This document shows, piece by piece, positions 1-9,696 of a stretch of 64,000 nucleotides of DNA; the stretch's first letter is position 1, and each line of letters starts with the position of its first letter. The stretch comes from Candidatus Omnitrophota bacterium. Its GTDB lineage: Bacteria; Omnitrophota; Gorgyraeia; Gygaellales; Profunditerraquicolaceae. A program made the position numbers and the translations under genes. Location: NCBI GenBank assembly GCA_011620275.1, contig WOZK01000004.1:21931-85930 (forward strand), given 5' to 3'. The notes under the pieces were generated by a model, which was not told where the DNA came from, searched no databases, and saw only the letters and a list, made by a program, of their open reading frames with translations.

Positions 1-187
1 ACGTCTCTGTTATCCGCGTATAATATCCTTCCGACTGGCGGGAAACCCGTTCCAGCAGGCCTTCCGGCGCCTGCCGGTAATAAAGCAGAAAATGACGGCT
101 GCCGGTGGTCAGCCATTTTTCCTCGGCGGAACGCGCCGGGCAGGCGGAAAAAAGCAGGACCGATAAAATTAATATATACTCTTTCAT
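1..187 (-). CDS. Secreted protein of unknown function, N-terminal part only (runs off window)
   Basis: ATG at 187 overlaps the murG stop (TAATG). Open frame MKEYILILSVLLFSACPARSAEEKWLTTGSRHFLLYY... has a signal-peptide-like N-terminus; translated by hand. Confidence 0.75.
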   Translation of the reverse strand, partial: MKEYILILSVLLFSACPARSAEEKWLTTGSRHFLLYYRQAPEGLLERVSRQSEGYYTRITET

Positions 188-1290
188 TAACGGCATGTCA
201 AACTAATTATTTCTTCCGCCAGCAGGCCGGCGGCGTCCCCGCCCGCCCCCGAAGCGGTTTTGCTCCGCCCGCGTCCGAAAAGCGCTTTTTCCAGAATCCT
301 GCGCAGGGCTTCCGGAGAGACCTCGGCGTCGGCAATCACCTCCGCCATGCCTGACCGCTTGAGGACCCCGGCATTGGCGTCCTGATGCTTGCCGGCGAAC
401 GGATAAGGAATAATGACCGCCGGTATTTCGTAATAAATTATCTCGCTGACCGTCATCGCCCCGGCGCGCGAGATTATCAGGTCGGCCGCGCTGTAGGCGT
501 ATTCCATCGAAGCCAGGAATTCGAACACCCTGGCATCCGCCCCGCATCCGGCATAAGCCTCCTTGACCGCGCGGTAATCTCTGCTCCCGGTCAAATGTAT
601 TATCTGTAATTTGTCGCGCTCTTCCAATAGGCTCACGGCGCGCACGAAAGAATCATTTATCCGGGAGCTTCCCTGGCTGCCGCCGGTGACCAGCACCGTG
701 AACTTCCTCGCGTCCATTCCCAAGAACGCCGCGGCTTCTGCCCGCTCCACCTTACGCAGACAGGAACGCAAAGGATTGCCTGTCAACACCGCCTTAGCGC
801 CGGCGCGCCCCAGGCGGCCGATAGTCCCGTCGAAGGAAACCGCGATTCTATCGCATAAATACGAAAGGAATAAGTTAGCTTTCCCCGGAATAACGTTCTG
901 CTCGTGTATAATGGTCCTGATCCCCAGCAGGCGCGCCAGTAATACCATCGGTACGGAACAAACGCTGCCGAATCCGGCGACGACGTCCGGACGGTAATAG
1001 ACCAGCAGAAAAAAGCTCTTTAGAAAGATCATAGGCAGATACAATAAAACGGCATATCCACCCAGGGCCCGGCGCAGCGCCGGCGGCGGATAAGGCAAAG
1101 CGGCGCTCCTCAGTCCGGCGCACTTTCTTTCCGCGGAAGGCAACGCGGCCTTTTCCGGCAAAACCAACACAGCCTCTGTCCCCCGCGCTCCGGCGCAAAG
1201 GCGTTCAATAACGCTTACAGCCGGGAAAATATGCCCTCCGCTCCTGCCGGTAACTATCAACACGCGCCGCGGGCGCCCGCGGTTCATCAC
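187..1290 (-). CDS. murG: Undecaprenyl-PP-MurNAc-pentapeptide GlcNAc transferase
   Basis: GGHIFPA, HEQN..PG, GGSQG, SRAGA, P.P..HQ..NA motifs; dcw context. Confidence 0.96.
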   Translation of the reverse strand: MMNRGRPRRVLIVTGRSGGHIFPAVSVIERLCAGARGTEAVLVLPEKAALPSAERKCAGLRSAALPYPPPALRRALGGYAVLLYLPMIFLKSFFLLVYYRPDVVAGFGSVCSVPMVLLARLLGIRTIIHEQNVIPGKANLFLSYLCDRIAVSFDGTIGRLGRAGAKAVLTGNPLRSCLRKVERAEAAAFLGMDARKFTVLVTGGSQGSSRINDSFVRAVSLLEERDKLQIIHLTGSRDYRAVKEAYAGCGADARVFEFLASMEYAYSAADLIISRAGAMTVSEIIYYEIPAVIIPYPFAGKHQDANAGVLKRSGMAEVIADAEVSPEALRRILEKALFGRGRSKTASGAGGDAAGLLAEEIISLTCR

Positions 1291-2381
1291 GGATATTCTC
1301 CGGTCCTGGCGATGTTCATCAGTATCCCCACGGCCACGATATCAAAGATCAAAGAAGACCCTCCGTAGCTTATGAACGGCAACGGCAGTCCTTTTGTCGG
1401 CAGTAGCCCGCAGGAAACCCCGATGTTAATCAACGTCCTGATGCAAAGCAGCGAAACCAGTCCGAGACTGAAGAAATAACTGAACTTATCGGGCGAATTC
1501 TTTATTATCTTGACGCCCTGCAGTATAAATCCCATGAACAAAAGCACCACCCCCACCGTTCCTATAAGGCCGAGTTCCTCTCCGATAATGGAAAAAATAA
1601 AATCCGTGTGAGCGGCCGGGAGATAAAAAAGCTTCTGTTTGGAATGTCCCAGCCCAACCCCGAAAAAACCGCCGGACCCCAGAGCGACCTGCGACTGTAT
1701 GATCTGGAAACCGGTGCCGCGCGGGTCGGCCCAGGGATTGAGGAACGCCAGTATGCGCATCTTACGGTAAGGCACCCGGAAGATCAACAGATAGAGAGCC
1801 GGTATGGACGCCAGAAACAACGATAATAAATAAGATACCCTTGTCCCGGCGACGAAAAGCATGATAAGCACGGTAACAGCCAGCGCCACCACCGTCCCCA
1901 GGTCCGGCTGGGCGAGTATCAACACCACCGTGCAGCCCATTGCCGCCATCGGAGGGAAGAAACCTTTCCAGAACGAACGCAGAAGATTATCCTTGCGAGC
2001 GATAAAATCGGCTATATACGCTATCAGCGCCAGATTGGCCAATTCGGAAGGCTGGAAACTTATAAACCTAAAACGGAACCACCTGCGCGCTCCGGAGACC
2101 TCGCGGCCGAACCCGGGGACCAGCACCAGCACCAGTAACAACAGGCAGACCAGAAGCAGAGGTTTGGAATAACGGGAGAATTTTCGGTAATCGGAGACCA
2201 TGGCCAGAAACGCCAGCAACATCCCGAACAGCAGAAAACAAATGTGCCTCTTCACGAAAAAAAGGCTGTCTTTATACCTGTCCAGCGCGTAGATACTGGA
2301 AGCGCTGTAGATCATGACAACGCCGATGCATATCAAGGCCACCGTCACGGCAAAAAGTGTTATCCTTATATTCCTTATCAT
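1287..2381 (-). CDS. ftsW: SEDS peptidoglycan polymerase FtsW
   Basis: GARRW, FQPSE, QPDLG, LPAAHTDF, LPFISYGGSS motifs; dcw context. Confidence 0.96.
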   Translation of the reverse strand: MIRNIRITLFAVTVALICIGVVMIYSASSIYALDRYKDSLFFVKRHICFLLFGMLLAFLAMVSDYRKFSRYSKPLLLVCLLLLVLVLVPGFGREVSGARRWFRFRFISFQPSELANLALIAYIADFIARKDNLLRSFWKGFFPPMAAMGCTVVLILAQPDLGTVVALAVTVLIMLFVAGTRVSYLLSLFLASIPALYLLIFRVPYRKMRILAFLNPWADPRGTGFQIIQSQVALGSGGFFGVGLGHSKQKLFYLPAAHTDFIFSIIGEELGLIGTVGVVLLFMGFILQGVKIIKNSPDKFSYFFSLGLVSLLCIRTLINIGVSCGLLPTKGLPLPFISYGGSSLIFDIVAVGILMNIARTGEYP

Positions 2382-3643
2382 GGCCGTTCCCCCAGCGCGG
2401 AGAACTCCGCCTTGAACGCTCTCCCCCGCTCTTCATAATTGGTAAACATGTCGAAACTGGAGCACATGGGAGACAACAGCACATAATCGCCCGTAGAAGC
2501 TTCCCGGAAGGCCCTTTGCACCGCGTCCGGCAACCCGGCGGCGTATTCCACCGGCACGCAGCCGCCCAGGCAATCCCTTATCTTGTCTTTCGCCTCGCCT
2601 ATCAGCAGCAGCTTTTTGACCTTCCTCTTCGCGGCTTTGGCTATCAACGAATAATCGCATCCCTTGTGCCTGCCTCCGGCGATCAGGAACACCTTCCCCT
2701 TTATGTTGTTCAGGGCCCACAGCGCAGATTCGGCGGTGGTCGCCTTGGAATCATTGATAAACTTTACCCCGCGCTTCTCCCCCACGAATTCGAAACGATG
2801 CTCTATGCCGCGGAAATCTTTAAAGACCTTCGCGCAGAGATCCGGAGTTATCCCGAGCAGTGAAACCGCGGTCTTTACCGCGCTTTGATTCGGATTCAAT
2901 CCTTCTTCCTCGCGGAAATAAACGGTCCTGGAACGCGCCTCTTTTCCCAATCCGCGCAAATACCGGTCCGAAGGATTGAGCAAAAGAAAATCCCCGTCTC
3001 CCTGGTTCAAATAAATGCGTTTCTTCGCCTCGAGGTATTCCCTCATCCCCGGGTACCTGTCGAGATGATTCCTGTTTAAGTTCAATATCACAGCTATCCA
3101 TGGCCTGAAATCGCGTATCGTCTCCAGTTGGAAAGAACTAACCTCCAGACAGACAAAATCTTCGGCGGCCATTTTTTCCACCTCTCCGCAGAAAGGAGTC
3201 CCGATGTTGCCGCAGACAAAAGCTCTTCTCCCGGAAGCCTTTATGACTTCCCCGATAAGAGTGGTAACAGTGGTCTTGCCGCTGGAGCCGGTGACCGCGA
3301 TCACCCGAGACGGGCAAAGCATATACGCGACTTCTATTTCTCCTATCACCGGTATGCCGGCCTGCGCGGCGAAACTGAAAACCTGGCTTTGCGGACCCAC
3401 TCCCGGAGAAACCACTACCATTTCGCTTCCGTCAAGAAATTCACGCGTGTGCCGCCCTAATTCGACCTCGATATCGGAAGAACAAAGTCCGCCCGCCGCC
3501 GTCCTGGTGAGCGTATTGTCGCAGGCGTCGGTCACTCCCACACGCGCGCCTATCCTGTAGAGGAGATTAGCGCAGGCGACGCCTGAACGCGCCAGTCCCG
3601 CGACCACGATCTTCTTCCCTTTGAAAAACTCCCGGTTTTTCAT
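2378..3643 (-). CDS. murD: UDP-MurNAc-L-Ala:D-Glu ligase
   Basis: GLARSG, SPG, TGSSGKTT, EVSSFQLE, NDSKAT, SPMCSSFD motifs. Confidence 0.96.
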   Translation of the reverse strand: MKNREFFKGKKIVVAGLARSGVACANLLYRIGARVGVTDACDNTLTRTAAGGLCSSDIEVELGRHTREFLDGSEMVVVSPGVGPQSQVFSFAAQAGIPVIGEIEVAYMLCPSRVIAVTGSSGKTTVTTLIGEVIKASGRRAFVCGNIGTPFCGEVEKMAAEDFVCLEVSSFQLETIRDFRPWIAVILNLNRNHLDRYPGMREYLEAKKRIYLNQGDGDFLLLNPSDRYLRGLGKEARSRTVYFREEEGLNPNQSAVKTAVSLLGITPDLCAKVFKDFRGIEHRFEFVGEKRGVKFINDSKATTAESALWALNNIKGKVFLIAGGRHKGCDYSLIAKAAKRKVKKLLLIGEAKDKIRDCLGGCVPVEYAAGLPDAVQRAFREASTGDYVLLSPMCSSFDMFTNYEERGRAFKAEFSALGERP

Positions 3644-3685
3644 CTCTCGTCTTTCATCCTTGTAAAACAGGTTCTTAATGCTTGG

Positions 3686-3771
3686 AAATCGAAAGTAGAA
3701 AATTGGCCGCCCGCACTGAAGCGTTAGCGGACTCTGTGCGCTGTTTAAGAAACTTATTTAACAGCGCACTA
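3686..3771. mobile_element. ~85-bp MITE-like repeat with IS630-like end, abutting the mraY TAG stop
   Basis: Near-identical inverted copy at 55214-55300; internal hairpin GTGCGCTGTTTAA/TTAACAGCGCAC; family assignment is inference. Confidence 0.6.
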
Positions 3772-4860
3772 CCTCAACTTCAGCGTTACCAGCGCTAGCA
3801 GCGCCAGAAGTCCGGCAACTATCCAGAAACGCACGATCACCTTGCTCTCCTGCCAGCCGAGAAACTGAAAATGGTGGTGCAGCGGGGCTATCTTGAATAT
3901 GCGTTTGCCGGTCAATTTGAAAGAAGCCACCTGCAGTATCACCGAAAGCGCCTCCATAACAAACACGCCCCCGATGACGATCAACAACAGCTCTTTCTTT
4001 ATCAACAGCGCGACCGTGCCGAGCGCTCCGCCCAGAGCAAGAGATCCCACGTCTCCCATGAATACGGACGCAGGATAACAATTGTACCATAAAAAACCCA
4101 GCCCGGCGCCGAGTATGGCGGAACAAAAGACCGACAGCTCCCCGGCGCCTCTTATGTAGGGAATAAAAAGATAACTGCTGAAACGAATATTGCCCGCGAG
4201 ATAACTCAATACCCCCAGCGCTAAGGCGGCCATGACCACGTTCCCGGAGGCAAGGCCATCCAGCCCGTCGGTCAAATTAACCGCGTTGGAGGAACCGGCG
4301 ATGACCAGCGCGGAGAATAATATATAAAACACGCCCAGGTCTATTGTGATCTCCTTCATAAAGGGAATGTCCAGGGCGGTCCCGTACTGGCCGTCTAAAA
4401 AAATAACGAACCCCGCTATCAACCCTACCGCCAGCTGGCTCGCGAGTTTCTGCGCCGCGCTCAGGCCTTTGGAACGCTTCCTGGCCTGCTTTAGATAATC
4501 GTCCGCGAAACCGGTAAGCCCGAGCCAAAGAGTGACCGTCAAAGCGATAATAATGTTCTTGTTAAGCGCTTCCGACCAGAGCAGCGTGGAAATGAAGACA
4601 GCCGCCAGTATAAATATCCCGCCCATAGTGGGCGTATCCTGTTTGTTTATCTGCAGTTTGTAAAGTTCGAGGCTCTCTTTATTATTGCGGATGTTCTCCC
4701 CTATCTTCTGCCGTCTGAGCATATTTATTATCCGCGGGCCGAGAATCAAACTGAGCAGGAACGCGGTCAAAGCCGCCATCGCCGCCCTGAAAGTGATGTA
4801 ACGGAATACGTTGAAGAACGCTATTTCTCCATGCAGGGGATAAAAAAGGTAGTATAGCAT
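3769..4860 (-). CDS. mraY: Phospho-N-acetylmuramoyl-pentapeptide transferase
   Basis: TPTMGG, DD, NAVNLTDGLDG, FMGDVG, APLHHHF motifs; start refined to ATG 4860 (GGAGG upstream). Confidence 0.96.
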   Translation of the reverse strand: MLYYLFYPLHGEIAFFNVFRYITFRAAMAALTAFLLSLILGPRIINMLRRQKIGENIRNNKESLELYKLQINKQDTPTMGGIFILAAVFISTLLWSEALNKNIIIALTVTLWLGLTGFADDYLKQARKRSKGLSAAQKLASQLAVGLIAGFVIFLDGQYGTALDIPFMKEITIDLGVFYILFSALVIAGSSNAVNLTDGLDGLASGNVVMAALALGVLSYLAGNIRFSSYLFIPYIRGAGELSVFCSAILGAGLGFLWYNCYPASVFMGDVGSLALGGALGTVALLIKKELLLIVIGGVFVMEALSVILQVASFKLTGKRIFKIAPLHHHFQFLGWQESKVIVRFWIVAGLLALLALVTLKLR

Positions 4861-4891
4861 AAGCCTCCGTGTAAAAGCTCGTTGCGTCTTA

Positions 4892-4980
4892 TTCCGGGGA
4901 CACATTACTTAATTATACGGGGACACGATACTTTAAAAGTATCGTGTCCCCGGAATTCAAGTATCGTGTCCCCGGAATTC
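4892..4980. repeat. Cluster of four GGGGACAC repeats (two forward, two reverse)
   Basis: Near-perfect 35-nt palindrome 4918-4952; exact 22-bp tandem duplication 4937-4958/4959-4980. Confidence 0.9.
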
Positions 4981-6330
4981 GAACACTTTCTCCATCCGCA
5001 TCCCGCGAGAACCTTTGACCAGCACGAGGTCTCTGCAGGTAACCTTAAGCGTATCGCGCAGGATACCGGCTGCCTGCGCGGAATCGGCGCAGCAGAATAT
5101 CTTCTCCGCCGCGAGTCCCGCATCCCGCGCAGCCCCGGCAGCGACGCTGGCGAGCCCGCCGACAGCCACGAGGACATCGCATACCCCGGCGGCCAGCGCT
5201 CCGGCCAGGCGATGGAACTCACCGGAGGTCGGCCCCAGTTCCAGCATATCCCCCATCACCAGTACTTTTCTGCCTACGGCGGTCATCGTCCCCAAAGCCT
5301 CTACGGCGCGCTCAAACGAAAGCGGATTGGAATTATACGTATCGTCTATGAATACCGTTACATCGCTTTTAAGCAGGCTCATCCTGCCGGCCGGAAAATC
5401 AAAACCGCCTAATTTAGCGCATATCCGATCGTAATCTATACCGAGTATCCTGCCGACTGCGGCCGCGGCCAGGGCGTTATAGACGTTATGCGCCCCTATG
5501 GTCTTCAACCGGCACGGAATTTTCCTCCCGCGCCCAATCAGGAACTCCGCTCCGCGCCGCGTGGTTTTTACTCCGGAAGCGATAAAATCGGCTCCCGGAG
5601 ACATCCCGTAACCGAATGCCCGGCGCCTCTTGATTAGCGGAACCAGCATTTTATCGTCGGCATTAAGTATCGCTACCGCCGGGCGGCGCAAGTATTTTAA
5701 CAGAGACGCCTTCTCTTTAAGGACCCCGCTCAAACTGCCGAAATGTTCCAGGTGAGAAGGCCCTATATTGGTAATAACGGCAATTGTCGGCCTGCAGACC
5801 GCGGCAAGATAAGCGATCTCGCCCGGGTGATTGCTCCCCAGTTCAAAGACGGCCGCCTGGTGCGAGGCCTTCAATTCCAGCAGCGCCAGCGGCATCCCGA
5901 TATGATTATTCCTGGTGCCCCGGTTTTTCAACACCCTGTAACCGGCGGAAAGCGCGCAGGCGATCATATCCTTGGTTGTGGTCTTGCCGTTAGAACCGGT
6001 CACGGCGACCACCGGTATATCAAAACGCATTCTGTGGAAATACGCGATAGCGGAAAGCGCCCTGACCGTGTCTTTTACCACGACCACGGCCGGACCTGAC
6101 GGTATCCCTGAAAGACCGCGCCTTGCCGTCACCAGACAGGCAGCGCCTTTGCGCGCCGCCTCCGCCAGAAAATCATGCCCGTCGAAATGCTCCCCTTTGA
6201 CCGCCACGAAAACCTGGCCCGGCACGACAGAACGGGAATCTATAGAGACACCGAGCATACTCCTCTCAACGCTGCCGGGACGAGCCAACCTTCCACAGGT
6301 AGCCTTTAGGATCTCTGAAAGCGTAAACAT
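4957..6330 (-). CDS. murF: UDP-MurNAc-tripeptide:D-Ala-D-Ala ligase
   Basis: DSR, DGHDF, TGSNGKTTTK, DDTYNSNP, GDMLELG, VKGSRGM motifs. Confidence 0.96.
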   Translation of the reverse strand: MFTLSEILKATCGRLARPGSVERSMLGVSIDSRSVVPGQVFVAVKGEHFDGHDFLAEAARKGAACLVTARRGLSGIPSGPAVVVVKDTVRALSAIAYFHRMRFDIPVVAVTGSNGKTTTKDMIACALSAGYRVLKNRGTRNNHIGMPLALLELKASHQAAVFELGSNHPGEIAYLAAVCRPTIAVITNIGPSHLEHFGSLSGVLKEKASLLKYLRRPAVAILNADDKMLVPLIKRRRAFGYGMSPGADFIASGVKTTRRGAEFLIGRGRKIPCRLKTIGAHNVYNALAAAAVGRILGIDYDRICAKLGGFDFPAGRMSLLKSDVTVFIDDTYNSNPLSFERAVEALGTMTAVGRKVLVMGDMLELGPTSGEFHRLAGALAAGVCDVLVAVGGLASVAAGAARDAGLAAEKIFCCADSAQAAGILRDTLKVTCRDLVLVKGSRGMRMEKVFEFRGHDT

Positions 6331-7775
6331 TCCCTCACAACCTCTCTATCGTCGAAATGCAGTTTTTCCGCGCCGATTATCTGGTAATCCTCATGTCCTT
6401 TACCGGCGACCAGCACGATATCCCCGGCCGCTGCCATATCCAAAGCCGCGGCTATCGCTTCTTTCCGGTCGGGCACCACTCGGTAATTATCGCTTTTCAT
6501 ACCCTCTTCTATGGCTGAGATTATCGAAGCCGGACTCTCGGAACGCGGATTATCATTGGTAACCAGCGCGTAGTCGGAAAGCTCCGAGACTATCCCTCCC
6601 ATAAGAGGCCGCTTCTGCCTATCCCTCTCCCCTCCGCATCCGAACACGGTGATGATGCGCCCGGAAGATAATTGTCTGAGCGACGAAAGGACCTTTTCCA
6701 GCGCGTCCGGAGTATGCGCGTAATCCACGTAAACTGAGTAGCCGCGCGGGGAATCAATACGTTCCATTCTCCCGGGGACATAAGAGAAACTCTCCAGCGC
6801 GGTTTTGAGCGTTTTCCTGTCTATGCCGGAACACAAGGCCCAAACGGAAGCCGCCAGCGCGTTGTAAACGTTGTGCCGGCCTACGAGAGCCGTCCGGAAC
6901 GACTCTCCGCAGTCCGCGCCTTGCACCGTGATCCTGAAACTGCTCTCCTGCCCGGAAAGCCGGATGTCCACGGCCCGAAAATCTGAGCCTTCCAGCAGGC
7001 CGTAACCGTTCACCGCGGCCGCGGTCATCCCGCACAGCCTGCGTCCGCGTTCGTCGTCGGTATTTATGACGCAGAACGCCTTACCGGAAAGCCCGGAGAA
7101 CAACAGCGTCTTGGCCCGGAAATATTCTTCTTCCGTTTTATGGTAATCAAGATGATCCCGGGTCAGGTTCGTGAAGACGGCGGAGTGGAATTCCACGCCC
7201 TCCGTCCTGCGTTGATCGAGCGCGTGTGAAGAAACCTCCATAACCGCGTAAGACGCTCCGTTTTCATACATAGACGACAAAAGCCTCTGCAGTTCCACGG
7301 CGCCGGGGGTGGTGTTGGTAGAAGGCAGGACTTCTTCTCCCAGCCTGTAATTCACCGTGCCTATCACGCCGGCCTTTGCCCCGGAACAGGCAATGATATG
7401 CTCCAGCAGATATGTCAGGGTGGTCTTGCCGTTGGTGCCGGTTATACCCGCCACCTTGAGTTTCGAAGAAGGCTCACCATAAAAACGCGACGCCAGCCTG
7501 CCCGCGGCCGTTCTCGGATCTTCCGTTACCAGGCGGGCCACGCCCGCCGGCAGTTCCTCGAGCGCTTTGACATTCCCGGCTACGACGGCCGACGCGCCTT
7601 TAGAGACCGCCTCCGGGATGAACCTGTGCCCGTCCGTTCCGCAGCCGGGCACCGCGATGAAAAGCTCTCTCTTGATAGCGCGCCTGGAGTCCACGCATAT
7701 CCCGCGGATATCGCAGTCCGGACCTTCGTCAATCCTCGATACCGTCGTTCCCGAAATCAACCTGCTTAACTTCAT
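6306..7775 (-). CDS. murE: UDP-MurNAc-dipeptide:meso-DAP ligase
   Basis: TGTNGKTT, MEVSSH, DYAHTPD, FGCGG, DNPR (DAP-specific), AGKGHE motifs. Confidence 0.96.
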   Translation of the reverse strand: MKLSRLISGTTVSRIDEGPDCDIRGICVDSRRAIKRELFIAVPGCGTDGHRFIPEAVSKGASAVVAGNVKALEELPAGVARLVTEDPRTAAGRLASRFYGEPSSKLKVAGITGTNGKTTLTYLLEHIIACSGAKAGVIGTVNYRLGEEVLPSTNTTPGAVELQRLLSSMYENGASYAVMEVSSHALDQRRTEGVEFHSAVFTNLTRDHLDYHKTEEEYFRAKTLLFSGLSGKAFCVINTDDERGRRLCGMTAAAVNGYGLLEGSDFRAVDIRLSGQESSFRITVQGADCGESFRTALVGRHNVYNALAASVWALCSGIDRKTLKTALESFSYVPGRMERIDSPRGYSVYVDYAHTPDALEKVLSSLRQLSSGRIITVFGCGGERDRQKRPLMGGIVSELSDYALVTNDNPRSESPASIISAIEEGMKSDNYRVVPDRKEAIAAALDMAAAGDIVLVAGKGHEDYQIIGAEKLHFDDREVVRECLRFQRS

Positions 7776-9477
7776 TTAACTTCCAGACCTCCTCGACCGA
7801 CTGTTTTGTCTTAAGATACCGCAAAGTGTCGGATACCACGTTCCTGAACACCGGGGAAGCGACCACTCCGCCGTAATAATAAGGCCGCGGTTCGTCGAGC
7901 ACTACCGCGACCACCAGCGCCGGTTCCTCGGCCGGCGCGAAGCCGACGAAAGAAGCGGTGAATTTACTGTGAGAATACCTGCCGTCCGGATCCAGCTTCT
8001 GGGCGGTCCCGGTCTTGCCCCCGGCGGTAAACCCCGGGACCTGGGCGAGCTTGCCCGTGCCGTGCTGCACCACTCCGGTGAGTATCTTGCGCATCCTGGC
8101 CGCCGTTTCCGCAGAGATCACCTGCCGGATCGCCTGCGGTTTGAACTCCTGGATTGCCTCACCGTATTTATCCCTCACCTCGCTTACCAGGTAAGGCTTC
8201 ATCAAAGTCCCGCCGTTGGCGATAACCGAAAAAGCGCAGGCCAGTTGCAAAACGGTCACACCGATCTCCTGTCCCATCGGCATCGTGGCTATCGATATCT
8301 TCGACCATTGTCTCGGGTTCTTTGTCACTCCGGAGATCTCTCCGGGGATATCCACTCCGGTCTTGGCGCCGAAACCGAACAGCTTGATATAACGGTAAAA
8401 CTCCGCCGGCCCGAGCTTCTGGGCGATCTTGGAGGTGCCGATGTTGCTCGACTGTTCAATCACCTCGCTGAAAGTCAGCCAACCGTGCGAACGGTGGTCG
8501 TGCAGGACGTGGCTGGCTATGCGGTAGGATCCGTTCTCACAAAAAAACTTCTCGTCCTCCCGGCTTTTCTTTTCCTCCAGCGCCCCGGCAGCCGCGACTA
8601 TCTTGAAGACCGATCCCGGCTCGAACATATCGCATACCGCGCGGTTGCGCCTGCTGTCCTGGGCGGAAGACGAATACTCGTTAAGGTCGAACGTCGGCCG
8701 GTTTGCCATAGCCAGGATCGCCCCGGTATGCGGATTCATCACCACGATACTCCCGCCTTTGGCATTGCTCGATTCGTAAGCCTTCTGGAGTTCTCGTTCG
8801 GCGATGTACTGGATCACGCCGTCGATGGTCATCACTACGTTGTCGCCGTCTTTAGGCAGAACCATGTTTTCCCATATCTCAAGCCGTTTCTGCCTGGCGT
8901 CGCGCAAGAAATAAGCCCAGCCCCCCTCGCCCTTGAGATATTTGTTATATAAAAGTTCGTTCCCCTCCAGCCCGTTATTGTCTATGCCGGCGAACCCTAT
9001 CAGGTGGCTGGACAGGTAACCGTTGGGATAACAGCGTTTACTTTCTTTAACGCAGCCGACACCCTTGATATTAAGCTTCCTCACCTCTTCGCTCTGCTGC
9101 GGCGTCATCTTTCGCTGCAGCCAGATGAAATATTTTTTTCTCCCCAGGCGCTCGCTTAAATAAGAACGTTCTACCCCGAGTATAGGCGCCAGCTGTTTTA
9201 TCGCGCGCTCCTTGTCCGCTGAAGACATCCCCGCAGGCGAGGCGAAGAGCGAATCCGCCGGTATGTTGATGGCCTGCGGCCGCATATTGATGTCGTATAT
9301 CGTCCCGCGGCGCGGTTCGAGCTCGACATAAAGGTTATGTTGTTTACGGGCTATCGAGGCGAGGTATTCCGAGCGGAAGAACTGGATGAACAACAACCGT
9401 GCTACGCAGAGAAAAAAAAATAAGAAAAACAGAAAAAAGACCGCATTAAAGCGGCGGCGGTAGGCGGCTATATACAC
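7729..9477 (-). CDS. ftsI: Class B penicillin-binding protein FtsI/PBP3
   Basis: N-terminal TM, RRG.IYD, EPGSVFK (SxxK), SSN, KTGTAQ. Confidence 0.93.
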   Translation of the reverse strand: MYIAAYRRRFNAVFFLFFLFFFLCVARLLFIQFFRSEYLASIARKQHNLYVELEPRRGTIYDINMRPQAINIPADSLFASPAGMSSADKERAIKQLAPILGVERSYLSERLGRKKYFIWLQRKMTPQQSEEVRKLNIKGVGCVKESKRCYPNGYLSSHLIGFAGIDNNGLEGNELLYNKYLKGEGGWAYFLRDARQKRLEIWENMVLPKDGDNVVMTIDGVIQYIAERELQKAYESSNAKGGSIVVMNPHTGAILAMANRPTFDLNEYSSSAQDSRRNRAVCDMFEPGSVFKIVAAAGALEEKKSREDEKFFCENGSYRIASHVLHDHRSHGWLTFSEVIEQSSNIGTSKIAQKLGPAEFYRYIKLFGFGAKTGVDIPGEISGVTKNPRQWSKISIATMPMGQEIGVTVLQLACAFSVIANGGTLMKPYLVSEVRDKYGEAIQEFKPQAIRQVISAETAARMRKILTGVVQHGTGKLAQVPGFTAGGKTGTAQKLDPDGRYSHSKFTASFVGFAPAEEPALVVAVVLDEPRPYYYGGVVASPVFRNVVSDTLRYLKTKQSVEEVWKLNEVKQVDFGNDGIED

Positions 9478-9696
9478 AACTATATAATAAAGATTATACC
9501 GGCGCCGGGTTCTGCACCGCGCCGGTTTACCGGGGAAGGTCCGTTTCCTCTCCTCCAGCCGGTAATCGTCTGATTATCGGAATATCCGCCCGCCAGGCCT
9601 CCCTGGGCCGCGCGGAGAGATATCTGTCCCGGATGTAACCGCGGGATCTTATACAATAATTGCTCCGGCTTGCACTGCCTGCCGCAAAGCGGAAAG

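Noticed and set aside
4861-4905. ORF-track N-terminal extensions such as MCPRN.. (mraY, era) and those of the nucleotidyltransferase and TPR genes
   Set aside because: They are translations of the GGGGACAC repeat; downstream ATGs fit the family starts better.
4892-4980. GGGGACAC repeat cluster as a CRISPR array
   Set aside because: Copies are inverted or directly adjacent with no unique spacers.
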